This document shows, in pieces, positions 1 through 9,703 of a stretch of DNA of 62,572 nt. Where the stretch lies: contig CAYSKR010000110.1 of the NCBI GenBank assembly GCA_964431675.1, positions 1 to 62,572 of the forward strand, in the 5' to 3' direction. The first letter of the stretch is position 1. Each line of letters begins with the position of its first letter. Source of the stretch: an uncultured Myxococcales bacterium. GTDB lineage: Bacteria; Myxococcota_A; Polyangia; Fen-1088. A program made the translations under genes and the position numbers. Under the pieces are notes generated by a model. The model saw nothing but the letters and a program-made list of their open reading frames with translations, was not told the DNA's origin and made no database searches.

Positions 1-1084
1 TGCCATCTATATCGACGGTAGTCAAGTCGTTTACATGTCTACATCTAGCACGGCAATTGCATGCTATCGTCGGGACATCATTCGCCTTTTAGGAAATTTT
101 CGGCGGTAACTTCAGCTTAATCGGCAGTGGTTTCCGCCATCAAGCTGTCCTGAAACAGAAACGCACACGTCGCCTCGCCACCGTAAGGCTCAATTCGCCA
201 GGGCAAGAACATTTCGGCGCGGTGGTGGATCTGTTGTTCGGCACCACGGGCATCGAGCCGGAGATCGCCAGGGCTGCGCAAGTCATGGACCTGTGGCCAG
301 GAGTCCGGGCCCCCATCGCTCGCAGCGGACACCTCATCGCGATGAAACTTCTGTCGCGCGGGCCAAGGCGCTCGATCGAATTTTGCGTGCGGCGGCGCGG
401 CGCCCGGGCCGGTGAGCCCGGCCGTCAGCGCCAGAAGCCGGCGAGACCGAAAAGAAACGCCGGTGGCCCAGCCGTGCCGGGCGCTGCGGGCAAACCGCCG
501 ATGATGGGCATGACACCCTCGACTTCGATCATCTTGCCGAGCTGACGGCGCAGCCTGGTGGCCACGCCCGGCCGCAGATCCGCGAGCACCTCGGCGGACG
601 TGGCCGAAGGCGTATGGTCGGACGTGGTTGCTTCCGTCTTATCGCGGCGGGGGAAAAGGAATTGCATGCCGAGCCCACCGACCCGCCGCCCCTCGCGCCC
701 GCACGCGGGCCACCGTACTTCCGCGGCCCCGGCACTCCGACCCGCCGCTCCGAGCCGCTGCCACTACCACCGGATTTCTACGACGCCGCCTGACCGAGCA
801 GCCCGCGCCCCGCGCCTGATCGCCGCCTGATCGCCGCCTGCTCCGGCGGAGCCGCGCCCGCTCCGGCGGGAACTCTGCTAAATTTACCGAATGCCCCTCG
901 TCGCGCACCATGTGTACCGGCTTCGGGGGGCGAAAACCACCTGCCTACACCGGGACGCATTCCGCCCGCACCCTTCCGCTCCAGCGAAAATGGCCTTTGT
1001 TTCGCTTACGGGCACGGGCACGGGCTCCGACGAGGAACTGGGTCAGCGTGAGCGGCCCGCTCTGACCCGAGCGCTACTCGTGAC

Positions 1085-1591
1085 TCAGCCTTCGGTGCAG
1101 ACCTGCGTCACGTGGGCGGGGGCCAGCGTGGGGTCCATCGTCGCCCAGAGGCAGCTGAAGAGGCGTCCGCCCGTCGCGTCGAGGAGCGGGCCGCAGGGTT
1201 CGCGGGCCTCGCGGCGCAGCTTGCGCCCGGGGAGCTCGGTGAGCACTCGGCGGCTCGGTGCGTGGATGCAAGCGCCCCGACTGCTGCGGTTGTCGATCTG
1301 AAGCTTGGTTCGCCGGACGGCATCCTGGAAGAGGCGTAGATCGGCCCTGGCCATGCAACCCTTCGCGGCCACCTTGTCGTCGTCGAGTCGCTCCCAGGTG
1401 CCTCCGCTGCGCACCTCGAAGACCTGCTTCTTGATGGCACCCCCAAGGTTGTCGATCGGCGTGCCCGCAGCGAGGGAGGTGACCGTGACGCGATAGATCA
1501 CGTCGCCCCGACCGCAGGAGCCGGTGGCGCCGGCGCTGGCGTGGGCCGTCATCAGCCCGAGTCCGAGCATCGCCAGCAACGCAATCCGCAT
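1085..1591 (-). CDS. secreted hypothetical protein
   Basis: Lies inside ORF 1085..1867(-). The internal ATG (plus-strand cat at 1589-1591) gives a signal-peptide-like N-terminus, MRIALLAMLGLGLMTAHASA. The 92 codons upstream are Arg/Pro-rich and not protein-like. Confidence 0.55.
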   Translation of the reverse strand: MRIALLAMLGLGLMTAHASAGATGSCGRGDVIYRVTVTSLAAGTPIDNLGGAIKKQVFEVRSGGTWERLDDDKVAAKGCMARADLRLFQDAVRRTKLQIDNRSSRGACIHAPSRRVLTELPGRKLRREAREPCGPLLDATGGRLFSCLWATMDPTLAPAHVTQVCTEG

Positions 1592-1766
1592 CGTCGGATT
1601 GTAGCTATCGTGAAGCGACGCCACCGAGGTGCCGATCGTGGTGCGCGGCGTTGTCGCGGCCAACCTGAACGTCAATTCGATTGACGTCCTACCACAGACC
1701 GCGACGGTCCGGCCTCCTTTCGTCAGTGAGCAACCGTGTGAAGTGCACGGCCGGTGCACAGTCGGT

Positions 1767-3102
1767 TCACGACAAGAAACGAACGCATAACGTGTACGAT
1801 CGGCCGCGCGGGATTTCGACCCAGGGGGAAGCGGCGGCACCACCAAGGTAACCGAGCGCCAGGCCACCGGTCAGCGCGCTCGATCCGTATCGGCCGCCGT
1901 ACAACTGCTCGCCCGCGCGGCCACTGGCGAGCAAACCCGCGCTCCACGCGCCGCTGGCGCTGGCAACACCAGCCAAGTGCAGATCATTGGCCGAAGGATT
2001 CATGGCGCGAGCGGCAACCACCGACGCAAGCATCAACGGCGCGGTGCCGTAGCCGACCAGCGGCGGCACGCCGGTGGCGTTGCGCTCGCCGCCGGCAGCC
2101 CGCGCAAGGCTGAAAAGGCCCAGCTCCGATCCGAGCACGAGCGAGTTCGCAAACAGGATCTGCGGGGCGGTCCACGCAAACCGCCGCGCACCCCAGATGC
2201 CCGCCACCACGCCGACCGTTTCGCCGCCGACCAGCAAACCGTATTTCAACTTGCTGTCCGCCGACCCCGACCCCGACCAGGCCATGATTCCCGCCAGGGT
2301 TCCCCACGACGTTGCATTCGCGTACCACAGGGCCTGCGCTGGTGAGGGCCGGAGCCCGAAGCGGGTCAATCCCCACGCCGTCCCACCACCGATGACCGCA
2401 CCCGCCGTGCCCAGCAAGCTGACGACGCCCACGCTGTCCTGCTGCGCGAGCAATGATAGGCCACCACCCCACACGCTGCCCGCCAGGATGGAACTCGTCA
2501 CCGCGAGTGCTGTCCCATCGGGTGGCAGTGAAGGTTGCGGAACAGGGGGGGGGTGCTTCTGCCGCAGCGACCGAAGCAGGCGCAGACGGCGCGGGGGCGG
2601 GCGGAACCAGGAATGGCGCGGGGGCTTCCGGGAGCGAGGCGTTTTCGACCGGCGCAGCAACCGGGATCGCAGCGCGCGCGGGGGTCTGCGTCTCCAGAAT
2701 CGAACGGGCCAGGCGCACTCCTTCGATGGCCTGCAACGTGAGCGGTCCTGCCGTCGCCACCATCGCGTCGAGGCGATCGGCGGGCAGGTCGGCGCGCGCC
2801 ATCTCAAGCGCACGAATGGCGGCGGCCTTCAGGCCATCCTCGGCGCTGTTGCGCACGCTGATATCGGGATCGTACGCGAGCGCCACACCCAGGGCACCCG
2901 ACGATTGATCGACCTCGCACGTCGCCAATGCTGCGGCTGCATCAAAGCGAGTCACGGCGGTCGCGGGCGGAAACAGATCTAGCAGCAACCGCGCAAGCCG
3001 TTCGGGAGGACAACGATCGACGTCCGCCGCCTGCGCCGAGGTCGTGGTCGGCACAAGCAGCGCCCATGCAGGCGACAAGACACACGCCCAGCGCAACGTC
3101 AC
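1767..3102 (-). pseudogene. frameshifted envelope protein: signal peptide, soluble domain, Pro-rich linker, Gly/Ala-rich polytopic C-terminus
   Basis: The N-terminal part is in the frame of ORF 1984..3102 (MTLRWACVLSPAWALLVPTTTSAQA...). The C-terminal hydrophobic part is in the frame of ORF 1767..2813. The two frames meet at a run of 9 G (plus strand 2545-2553). Removing one base joins ...AAAEAPPP to VPQPSLPPDGTALAVTSS... Confidence 0.6.
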
Positions 3103-3245
3103 GCCAACGCCTCAAGCAATCGACGGGCCAGCATCAAATGCAAGCGTTCTCGCGGCGACTGGCGCATCGCACCGGCACGAGCGTTGAAAAACGAACAGGT
3201 GATGATAGGAGTCTGTCATCGTAGGCGCGGTCGATCATCCCTGAT

Positions 3246-4250
3246 ATGGATGGACGAAATCAAGATCGGGAACGCATGAGCCTCAAGCAACTGAAACCAG
3301 CCGAGCAGCCCGTTGGCCTTGTGGGCCTTGGCCTGATGGGACAAGGGATCGCGTCGTGCCTGCTGGCGTCCGGCCTGCGCGTCATTGGCTGCGATGCCCA
3401 GGCGGCGCGGCGCAAGCGCGCCCGGACGCACATCGCGGCAACGTTGCGCGAGATGGTGACCCACGGCCTGCTGCCTGCGGCGCGCGCGCACACCTCGGAG
3501 CGCGACTTCGAGACGGTCGCGGCGCCTGGCGACCTCGGCGCGTGCCGCTTCGTGATCGAGAGCGTCACGGAAGATCTCGCCATCAAGCGCAAGGTGTACG
3601 CGGAACTTGAACCGGCGCTTTCCAAGAGCGCCATCATCGCGTCGAACACCTCAAGCCTTCCGATCACGCTCTTGCAAAGCACGCTCAAACATCCCGGCCG
3701 CCTCATCGGCATGCACTGGGGCGAGCCCGCGCACATCATGCGCTACCTGGAAATCGTGCCCGGCAAGAAAACTCGCCCCGACGTGGTGCGCCGGGCGCGC
3801 GCGCTGGGCGTCGCCTGCGGCAAGGCACCCACGGTGCTCCAGCGGGACATCCGCGGCTTCCTGTCGAACCGCATGATGTACGCGATGATGCGCGAGGCGT
3901 TTTTCCTGGTGGAACAGGGCGTGGCGTCGATGGAGGACGTGGACACGTCGTTTCGCAACGACATCGGCTGGTGGGCCACCATCGCCGGACCATTCCGCTG
4001 GATGGACCTCACCGGGATCCCCGCCTACGGAGCGGTGATGAAGGGCCTTCTGCCCGAGCTGTCGAATCAGAAAGACGTGCCCAAGCTGATGCGACGCATG
4101 CTCAAGCGCCGGGCCGAGGGCGTGACCAACTTGAAGGGCTTTTATCCTTACAACCGCACCACGGCGCGCCGCTGGTCACGCGTCTGGTTCGACTTCAGCT
4201 ACGAGTTGCGGAAGCTGATCGACAAGTTTGGAAAGACCGTGGACCTTTGA
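3246..4250 (+). CDS. 3-hydroxyacyl-CoA dehydrogenase family protein (NAD-binding)
   Basis: Rossmann motif GLVGLGLMGQGIA. Also NTSSLPI and GMHWGEPAHIMRYLEIVPG, typical of 3-hydroxybutyryl/3-hydroxyacyl-CoA dehydrogenases. The true start may be the ATG at 3276 (MSLKQL). Confidence 0.85.
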   Translation: MDGRNQDRERMSLKQLKPAEQPVGLVGLGLMGQGIASCLLASGLRVIGCDAQAARRKRARTHIAATLREMVTHGLLPAARAHTSERDFETVAAPGDLGACRFVIESVTEDLAIKRKVYAELEPALSKSAIIASNTSSLPITLLQSTLKHPGRLIGMHWGEPAHIMRYLEIVPGKKTRPDVVRRARALGVACGKAPTVLQRDIRGFLSNRMMYAMMREAFFLVEQGVASMEDVDTSFRNDIGWWATIAGPFRWMDLTGIPAYGAVMKGLLPELSNQKDVPKLMRRMLKRRAEGVTNLKGFYPYNRTTARRWSRVWFDFSYELRKLIDKFGKTVDL

Positions 4251-4267
4251 CCGGTCACGCCTCGCCC

Positions 4268-5239
4268 ATGCGTAGCTGGTTCCTTCTTTTCGCGTGCAAC
4301 CTGATGTGGGCGTTGCAGTTCACCTGCATCAAGCTGGTCGAAGATCACATGGGTGCCCTGTTCACGGTCTGGGGCCCCATGAGCCTGGCGACGCTGTTTC
4401 TCTGGCCCGTCATCCGTCATGAGCGCCGACGCAACCAGGACAAACCGGCACCGCCGAAGCGGCGTTCGGACATCCTGCTGTTCGCGATGCTGGCGATCCT
4501 GGGCGTGCTGCCCGGCCAGTTTCTGGTCACCTGGGGCACACGCATGTCGCTGGCCAGCAACGCCGCGCTCATCAACCTGACCATGCCGGTGGTGACCGCC
4601 GTCCTGGCCGCCGTGCTCCTCGGTGAACGCATGACACCGCGGCGCTGGCTCAGCTTCGCTGTGGCCATTGCCGGCATCGCGCTGTGTTCCGGTGCCGCGG
4701 CCAGCGGCGCTGATTTCGGCAAGAACTACCTCGTTGGCAACCTGCTCATCTTTCTCGGGACGCTGGGCAGTGCTTTTTACAACTCGTATGGCAAGAGCGT
4801 GCTCGAGCGTTACACCGCGATGGAGATGCTGTTCTTCACCTACGTCGCCGTGCTGGCGGTGATGACGCCCGCGGTGTTCGTGTTCGAGCCCGACAGTTTT
4901 GCGCGAATACCGTCATTTTCCGCCGGTGCCTGGCTCGGCTTCGGTCTGCTCACCGTGTTCCACAATTTTCTGTCGATGGTCCTGTTCCTGGGCGCGTTGC
5001 AGAAGCTGGACGCAATCCAGGCGGCGTTGTGCAACTACCTCATCACCGTGTTCGGCGTGCCGATCGCCGCGCTCGTGTTGCACGAGCACATCGGGGCGCT
5101 CGCATGGCTGGGCGGCGGTCTTGTCCTGGTCAGCACCATCGCCGTCACCTGGGACGAAGGCCGACAAGCCGCACGGGCTGCGGCGGCGCAGGCGGCGGCG
5201 CAGGCGGCAGTGGGAACGGGCGGAGCGTCAGGATCTTGA
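4268..5239 (+). CDS. DMT/EamA-family transporter
   Basis: ATG at 4268 (MRSWFLLFACNLMWALQFTCIKL...). About 10 hydrophobic segments in two EamA-like halves. The upstream part of ORF 3971..5239 overlaps the previous gene and is Arg-rich. Confidence 0.85.
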   Translation: MRSWFLLFACNLMWALQFTCIKLVEDHMGALFTVWGPMSLATLFLWPVIRHERRRNQDKPAPPKRRSDILLFAMLAILGVLPGQFLVTWGTRMSLASNAALINLTMPVVTAVLAAVLLGERMTPRRWLSFAVAIAGIALCSGAAASGADFGKNYLVGNLLIFLGTLGSAFYNSYGKSVLERYTAMEMLFFTYVAVLAVMTPAVFVFEPDSFARIPSFSAGAWLGFGLLTVFHNFLSMVLFLGALQKLDAIQAALCNYLITVFGVPIAALVLHEHIGALAWLGGGLVLVSTIAVTWDEGRQAARAAAAQAAAQAAVGTGGASGS

Positions 5240-6768
5240 GACCGTTGCTGCTCAAGAACGGATCGCTCATCGACGGGACCGGTGCCCCGCCGCTGGGTGG
5301 CGACGTCCTCGTCGCGGGCACTGGCTCCGAGGCGCGCATCGTCGCCATCGGCACCTTTGCGCCGCCGCACGACGCGCAGCAGATCGACTGCACGGGCCTG
5401 ACCGTCGCACCCGGATTCATCGACTTGCACAGCCATTCGGACTTGCAGGTGCTGCAGGGCAGGCGCGAAAAACTCGATCAAGGCGTCACATGGGAAGTGG
5501 TCGGCAACTGTGGGTTCTCGACATTCCCGGCACCGCAGGCTGACCGCGCGGCGCTGCACGACTTCGGCAACGGCATCCTGTGCGGCGAAAGCAACTGGGG
5601 CTGGCCAACGGCGCGCGACTACCTCGACGCCGTCGCGAGCAACGCGCGCATAGGAGTGTCGGCGCTGGTCGGCCATGGCACCTTGCGCATCGCCCACGCT
5701 GGCAACCGCCAGGGCCCGATCGGCGCCGCGCAGCTCGACGGGATGAAGTCCACCCTCGGCGACTGCCTTGACCAGGGCGCCGCGGGTTTCTCGACCGGCC
5801 TCATGTACGCGCCCGGATCGAGCGCCCCCACCGAGGAACTACTCGCCTTGTGCGGCGTGGTCGCCGATCGCGGCAAGCTGTACTCGACGCACATGCGCGA
5901 CTACTCGGGAAAGGTTGCCGCCGCTGCCATTGAACAGATCGACCTGGCGCAGCGCACGGGCTGCAAGCTGCAAATCTCGCATCTACAGGCCGCTGGCCGC
6001 CGCTTCTGGCCTTGCCAGGATGCTGCCGTGGCAGTGATCGAGCGGGCCCACGACGATGGCATCGACATCGCGTTCGACTGCTATCCCTACGTCGCGGGCA
6101 GCACGGTGCTGACGCAGTTTCTGCCGCAGTGGGTGCTCGACGGAGGGTCGGTGGCGATGCTGGCGCGGCTCGCCGATCGCGACACCCGCCTCCGCGTCCG
6201 CGCCGAGTTCATTGCAGCGGTGGTGCAGGAGTGGGAGGATCTCGTGGTTTCATCGGTCGCCCGCCCGGAAAACCAGCCGCTCGTGGGCAAGAACCTGGTG
6301 CAGGTAGGCGAGCTGCGCGGTTGCGAACCAGCCGATGCGGCCATCGAGCTCGTGCGCGAGGAGGCGGGCTCGGTCGTGATTCTCGAATTCAACCAGAGCG
6401 AGGAAAACCTGCGCGCCTTGCTGTCGCACCCGCTTTCGGTCGTCATCAGCGACGGCTTTTACGTCAAGGGACGCCCCCACCCACGCCTTTTCGGTGCGTT
6501 CGCGCACCTGCTTGGCCACGTCACGCGCGAGCGCAAATGGATGACGCTGCCGCAGGCCATCCACAAGATCACGGACGCTCCCGCCCGCCGCCTCGGCCTG
6601 GCGCGCCGCGGGCGTCTCGCGGTCGGTTACGCCGCCGACATCGTGGTGTTCGACGCGGCCACCGTCGGCACGCGCGCCAGTTACGAGAATCCCGCCACCA
6701 GGCCCACGGGCATCCGCCTCGTGTTGCGTGGCGGGGAGATTTCGCAGACCGACATGGAGGTATCGTGA
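5236..6768 (+). CDS. N-acyl-D-amino-acid deacylase (D-aminoacylase) family amidohydrolase
   Basis: LLLKNGSLIDGTG..., PGFIDLHSHSD, VVGNCGFS, QISHLQAAG, DCYPYVAGST. The likely start is TTG 5236-5238, overlapping the transporter stop TGA 5237-5239. The start assignment is uncertain. Confidence 0.8.
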   Translation: MRPLLLKNGSLIDGTGAPPLGGDVLVAGTGSEARIVAIGTFAPPHDAQQIDCTGLTVAPGFIDLHSHSDLQVLQGRREKLDQGVTWEVVGNCGFSTFPAPQADRAALHDFGNGILCGESNWGWPTARDYLDAVASNARIGVSALVGHGTLRIAHAGNRQGPIGAAQLDGMKSTLGDCLDQGAAGFSTGLMYAPGSSAPTEELLALCGVVADRGKLYSTHMRDYSGKVAAAAIEQIDLAQRTGCKLQISHLQAAGRRFWPCQDAAVAVIERAHDDGIDIAFDCYPYVAGSTVLTQFLPQWVLDGGSVAMLARLADRDTRLRVRAEFIAAVVQEWEDLVVSSVARPENQPLVGKNLVQVGELRGCEPADAAIELVREEAGSVVILEFNQSEENLRALLSHPLSVVISDGFYVKGRPHPRLFGAFAHLLGHVTRERKWMTLPQAIHKITDAPARRLGLARRGRLAVGYAADIVVFDAATVGTRASYENPATRPTGIRLVLRGGEISQTDMEVS

Positions 6769-9176
6769 TGCGTAGGCAAAAGCTCTCGGGGTTGTTCGGA
6801 CTTGGCATTGGGTTGCTGGCCACATTGGACGGCGCGGCCGCACTCCCCGCTGCCCCTGCCCAGCTTCCCGCCGTCGCGACCATCGCGGTGCCACAATTGA
6901 TCTTCCCCGAGCCGAAGCAAACCGTAAACACCGGCACGGGCATGCCGCTTGACGCCCGCGTGAGCATCGCGGTTCCAACCAGGGCTTCCGAACACGACCT
7001 GTTTCTCGCGCGCGCGCTCGTGGCGGAACTTTCAGACTGGTACGGGATCGCGATGCCGATCGAGCACCTGTCGCACCTGCCCGCCGGCAAGCACGTCGTG
7101 CTGATGGGAACGTTCGCCAATCCGCTGGTCAAGGAATACGTCGCCAGACACAAACTCGACGTGACGGCCAAGAGTCCGGGCCCCGAGGGCTACGTCCTGC
7201 AGATCGAACCCGAGGCCGTCGTCGTGGCCGGCAGCGACGATCGCGGCGCGTTCCATGGCTACCAGTCATTCCGTCAGGTGATCGCGGCGTCCACGCCTGG
7301 CAAACCGATGCCCGGCCTGCGCGTGCGCGACTGGCCGCACCAGGCGTTCCGCGGGGTCAAGATATTCATGCCGGGGCGCGAAAATATTCCCTTCTTCAAG
7401 CGCTTCATTGCCGACTTCATGGCGCTGTACAAGTTCAACCAGCTCGTGCTCGAAGTGAACGCGGGCATGCGCTTTGATCGTCACCCGGAACTCAACGCCG
7501 GCTGGATCGACTTCGCGAAAGACCACGTCTACACCCGGCGTGATCGGCCCGGAGGCCCGCGCGGCGAATGGCAGGACTCCACCCACTACGACACCGCGGA
7601 TGGCCGCGTGCTCGAAAAGGACGAGGTCGCTGATCTGGTGCGCTGGTCGCGTCGGCATCACATCGATGTGGTGGCCGAGGTGCCCTCGCTGAGCCATTCG
7701 TATTACCTGCTCACGCGGCATCGCGAACTCGCCGACTATCCGAAGGCCGAGTGGCCCGACGCCTACTGCCCGTCCGATCCGCGCAGCCGCAAGTTGCTGT
7801 TCGATGTGTTCGACGAACTCATCGACGTCATCAAGCCATCCATCGTTCACATCGGGCGCGACGAATGGCGCACGCCCGTCGGCATCTGCCCGCACTGCGC
7901 CGGCAAGGATCCGCGCGACCTGATGCTGGCGGACTTGCTGGAGATCCACAATTACCTCACCAAGAAGAAGCACGTGCGCGTCGCCTTGTGGGGCGATCAT
8001 TTCATCGAGGAACTGCGCGGCAAGATCGCCTCCGAGCGGTCGACGTCAGAAGGTCTGCGCTACCAGTGGCCGGGCGGCCTCCCTGCGGAAACCGTGTACA
8101 CAAAAGTTCCGAAGGACATTCTGATCTTCAACTGGTTCTGGCGCGACTGGCGCGATGCCGAGGGCGAGCTCGGCGAGAAGAAGCTGGTCAACTGGGGATT
8201 CGAACAGGTTTACGGCAACATGTTGCCCAACATCCCCAGCTACGATCGGCGCAGCCGCATCAAGGGCATGTTGGGCGGCGCGCCGTCGTCATGGGCCGCG
8301 ACCACCGAGTTCATCTTCGGCAAGGATCTTATCTGGGAGTTCGTCGGCAGCGCAGGGATCTTGTGGTCATCGGCGCATGACACAGATAAGGATCTGTTGC
8401 TGCGCGTGCAGGCGATGATGCCAGACATTCGTCGCAACTTCCGCGGCCAGCGCCCTCCCAGCGAAGACGGTGATCCGGTCAAGACGCTCGACATCGCGGC
8501 GCAGTTCAACGGTAAAAGCTCGGCCCTGTCGCTCGGCGTCGACTTGCAGGGCGGCAAGTCTGCGGACCTGATGACTGGGCGCGTACCCCTGCATCTGGCG
8601 GGCGCGGCGGCGTCCGGCAACGACGTCATCGTCGCCGGGAACGGACCCGGTGCGCCGCCGATTTCTCCGGCGATCCCCGTTGGCAAGGACGTCAGCAGCC
8701 TCGTCTTCCTTCACGCATCGCGCAGCCCCGCGGGCAACCTGCAAGCCCACTCCGCGCCGTACAACCCCGAGGACACGACCGCGCTCCTTGGTTACTACGA
8801 GGCTATTTACGACGACGGCCTGGTAGCAACGATTCCCCTGCGCTACGGGGTGAACATCCTTGAAGTCGGCTGGCGGGCGAGCAAGAACATCCGCGACTAC
8901 TGTTACCAGGCCGACGCCGTGGCCATTGGCAGCGCCGCAGTTCCGCCCACCCTGTGGGCCTTCGAATGGGTCAATCCCCGCTTCGGCAAGAAGATCAAAA
9001 CGGTACGCCTGCATGCCCGCGCGCCGGTCACCGGCAAGCAGGCCGCGACCGCCAACCTCATCGTGTTGAAGGCACTGTCGTACACTGCGGCTCGCGACAA
9101 GGGAGCGGTTCGCCGTTCCCGCGAGCCCGTGGCCGGTGGTGCTCCCCCTCCCCCCAAACCCGAAGACGACGAATAG
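6768..9176 (+). CDS. secreted glycoside hydrolase family 20-like protein (beta-N-acetylhexosaminidase-like) with C-terminal extension
   Basis: ATG 6768-6770 overlaps the previous stop (GTGATG). Signal peptide MRRQKLSGLFGLGIGLLATLDGAAA. GH20b-like segment YVLQIEPEAVVVAGSDDRGAFHGYQSFRQVI. Catalytic-type H-x-G-x-D-E motif in VHIGRDEW. Confidence 0.7.
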   Translation: MRRQKLSGLFGLGIGLLATLDGAAALPAAPAQLPAVATIAVPQLIFPEPKQTVNTGTGMPLDARVSIAVPTRASEHDLFLARALVAELSDWYGIAMPIEHLSHLPAGKHVVLMGTFANPLVKEYVARHKLDVTAKSPGPEGYVLQIEPEAVVVAGSDDRGAFHGYQSFRQVIAASTPGKPMPGLRVRDWPHQAFRGVKIFMPGRENIPFFKRFIADFMALYKFNQLVLEVNAGMRFDRHPELNAGWIDFAKDHVYTRRDRPGGPRGEWQDSTHYDTADGRVLEKDEVADLVRWSRRHHIDVVAEVPSLSHSYYLLTRHRELADYPKAEWPDAYCPSDPRSRKLLFDVFDELIDVIKPSIVHIGRDEWRTPVGICPHCAGKDPRDLMLADLLEIHNYLTKKKHVRVALWGDHFIEELRGKIASERSTSEGLRYQWPGGLPAETVYTKVPKDILIFNWFWRDWRDAEGELGEKKLVNWGFEQVYGNMLPNIPSYDRRSRIKGMLGGAPSSWAATTEFIFGKDLIWEFVGSAGILWSSAHDTDKDLLLRVQAMMPDIRRNFRGQRPPSEDGDPVKTLDIAAQFNGKSSALSLGVDLQGGKSADLMTGRVPLHLAGAAASGNDVIVAGNGPGAPPISPAIPVGKDVSSLVFLHASRSPAGNLQAHSAPYNPEDTTALLGYYEAIYDDGLVATIPLRYGVNILEVGWRASKNIRDYCYQADAVAIGSAAVPPTLWAFEWVNPRFGKKIKTVRLHARAPVTGKQAATANLIVLKALSYTAARDKGAVRRSREPVAGGAPPPPKPEDDE

Positions 9177-9195
9177 ACGCGCACGGAGAACGACC

Positions 9196-9630
9196 ATGCC
9201 CAAAAAAGAGATCTACGACCCCAAAAAAGGCGCATCGACCGGACACTACTCGGCCGGAGTGGCCATCGACGGCTGGCTCTACGTCAGCGGCCACGCGGCG
9301 ATAGACATGGATACGGGCAAAGTGGTGCCCGGCACCATCGAAGAACAGACCCTGCTGACGCTCAAGCACATCGACCGCATTCTACGCGCCGGCGGCTGCA
9401 CCACCGATGATGTAGTCAAAAGCACGGTCCACCTGTCAGACATCAATGATTTCGACAAGTTCAACGCTGCCTACGGCACCGTGTTCAAGGGCATCAGGCC
9501 GGCGCGGACCACGGTGCAGTCCGGCCTTGAAGCGGGATTGAAGATCGAGATCGATGTGGTCGCGCGGATTCCTACCCGAGCAAAGTCAGCGGCGAAACGG
9601 AAAAACACTGGCTCGCGACGGCGCAAATAG
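9196..9630 (+). CDS. ridA: RidA/YjgF/UK114 family reactive-intermediate deaminase
   Basis: MPKKEIYDPKKGASTGHYSAGVAIDGWLYVSGH...ARTTVQSGL...IEIDVVA. ATG at 9196 lies 19 nt after the upstream stop. Confidence 0.88.
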   Translation: MPKKEIYDPKKGASTGHYSAGVAIDGWLYVSGHAAIDMDTGKVVPGTIEEQTLLTLKHIDRILRAGGCTTDDVVKSTVHLSDINDFDKFNAAYGTVFKGIRPARTTVQSGLEAGLKIEIDVVARIPTRAKSAAKRKNTGSRRRK

Positions 9631-9703
9631 CCATTTCAGCGGTCGGTTTGCCTATATGCACTTTTCTGTTGCGCCAGGTATGAAAATGTGGTCTTTAGTG
9701 CAC

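Noticed and set aside
334-1084. Several 60-136-aa ORFs on both strands (for example 425..667(-), 558..830(+), 891..1301(+))
   Set aside because: All are Arg/Pro/Ala-rich and mutually overlapping, with no signal peptide, motif or RBS that I could recognise. The region is left unannotated. An 11-nt tandem (ctgatcgccgc x2 near 817-838) was judged too short to be meaningful.
6012-6767. N-terminal extensions offered by the ORF track: 6012..6767; also 3971..4267, 5029..5235, 13650..13916, 54583..55140, 23007..23240 and 51173..51427
   Set aside because: Each extension overlaps the preceding real gene in another frame and is Arg/Pro/Gly-rich. In each case an internal start gives a signal peptide or a canonical family N-terminus, often with stop/start overlap to the upstream gene.
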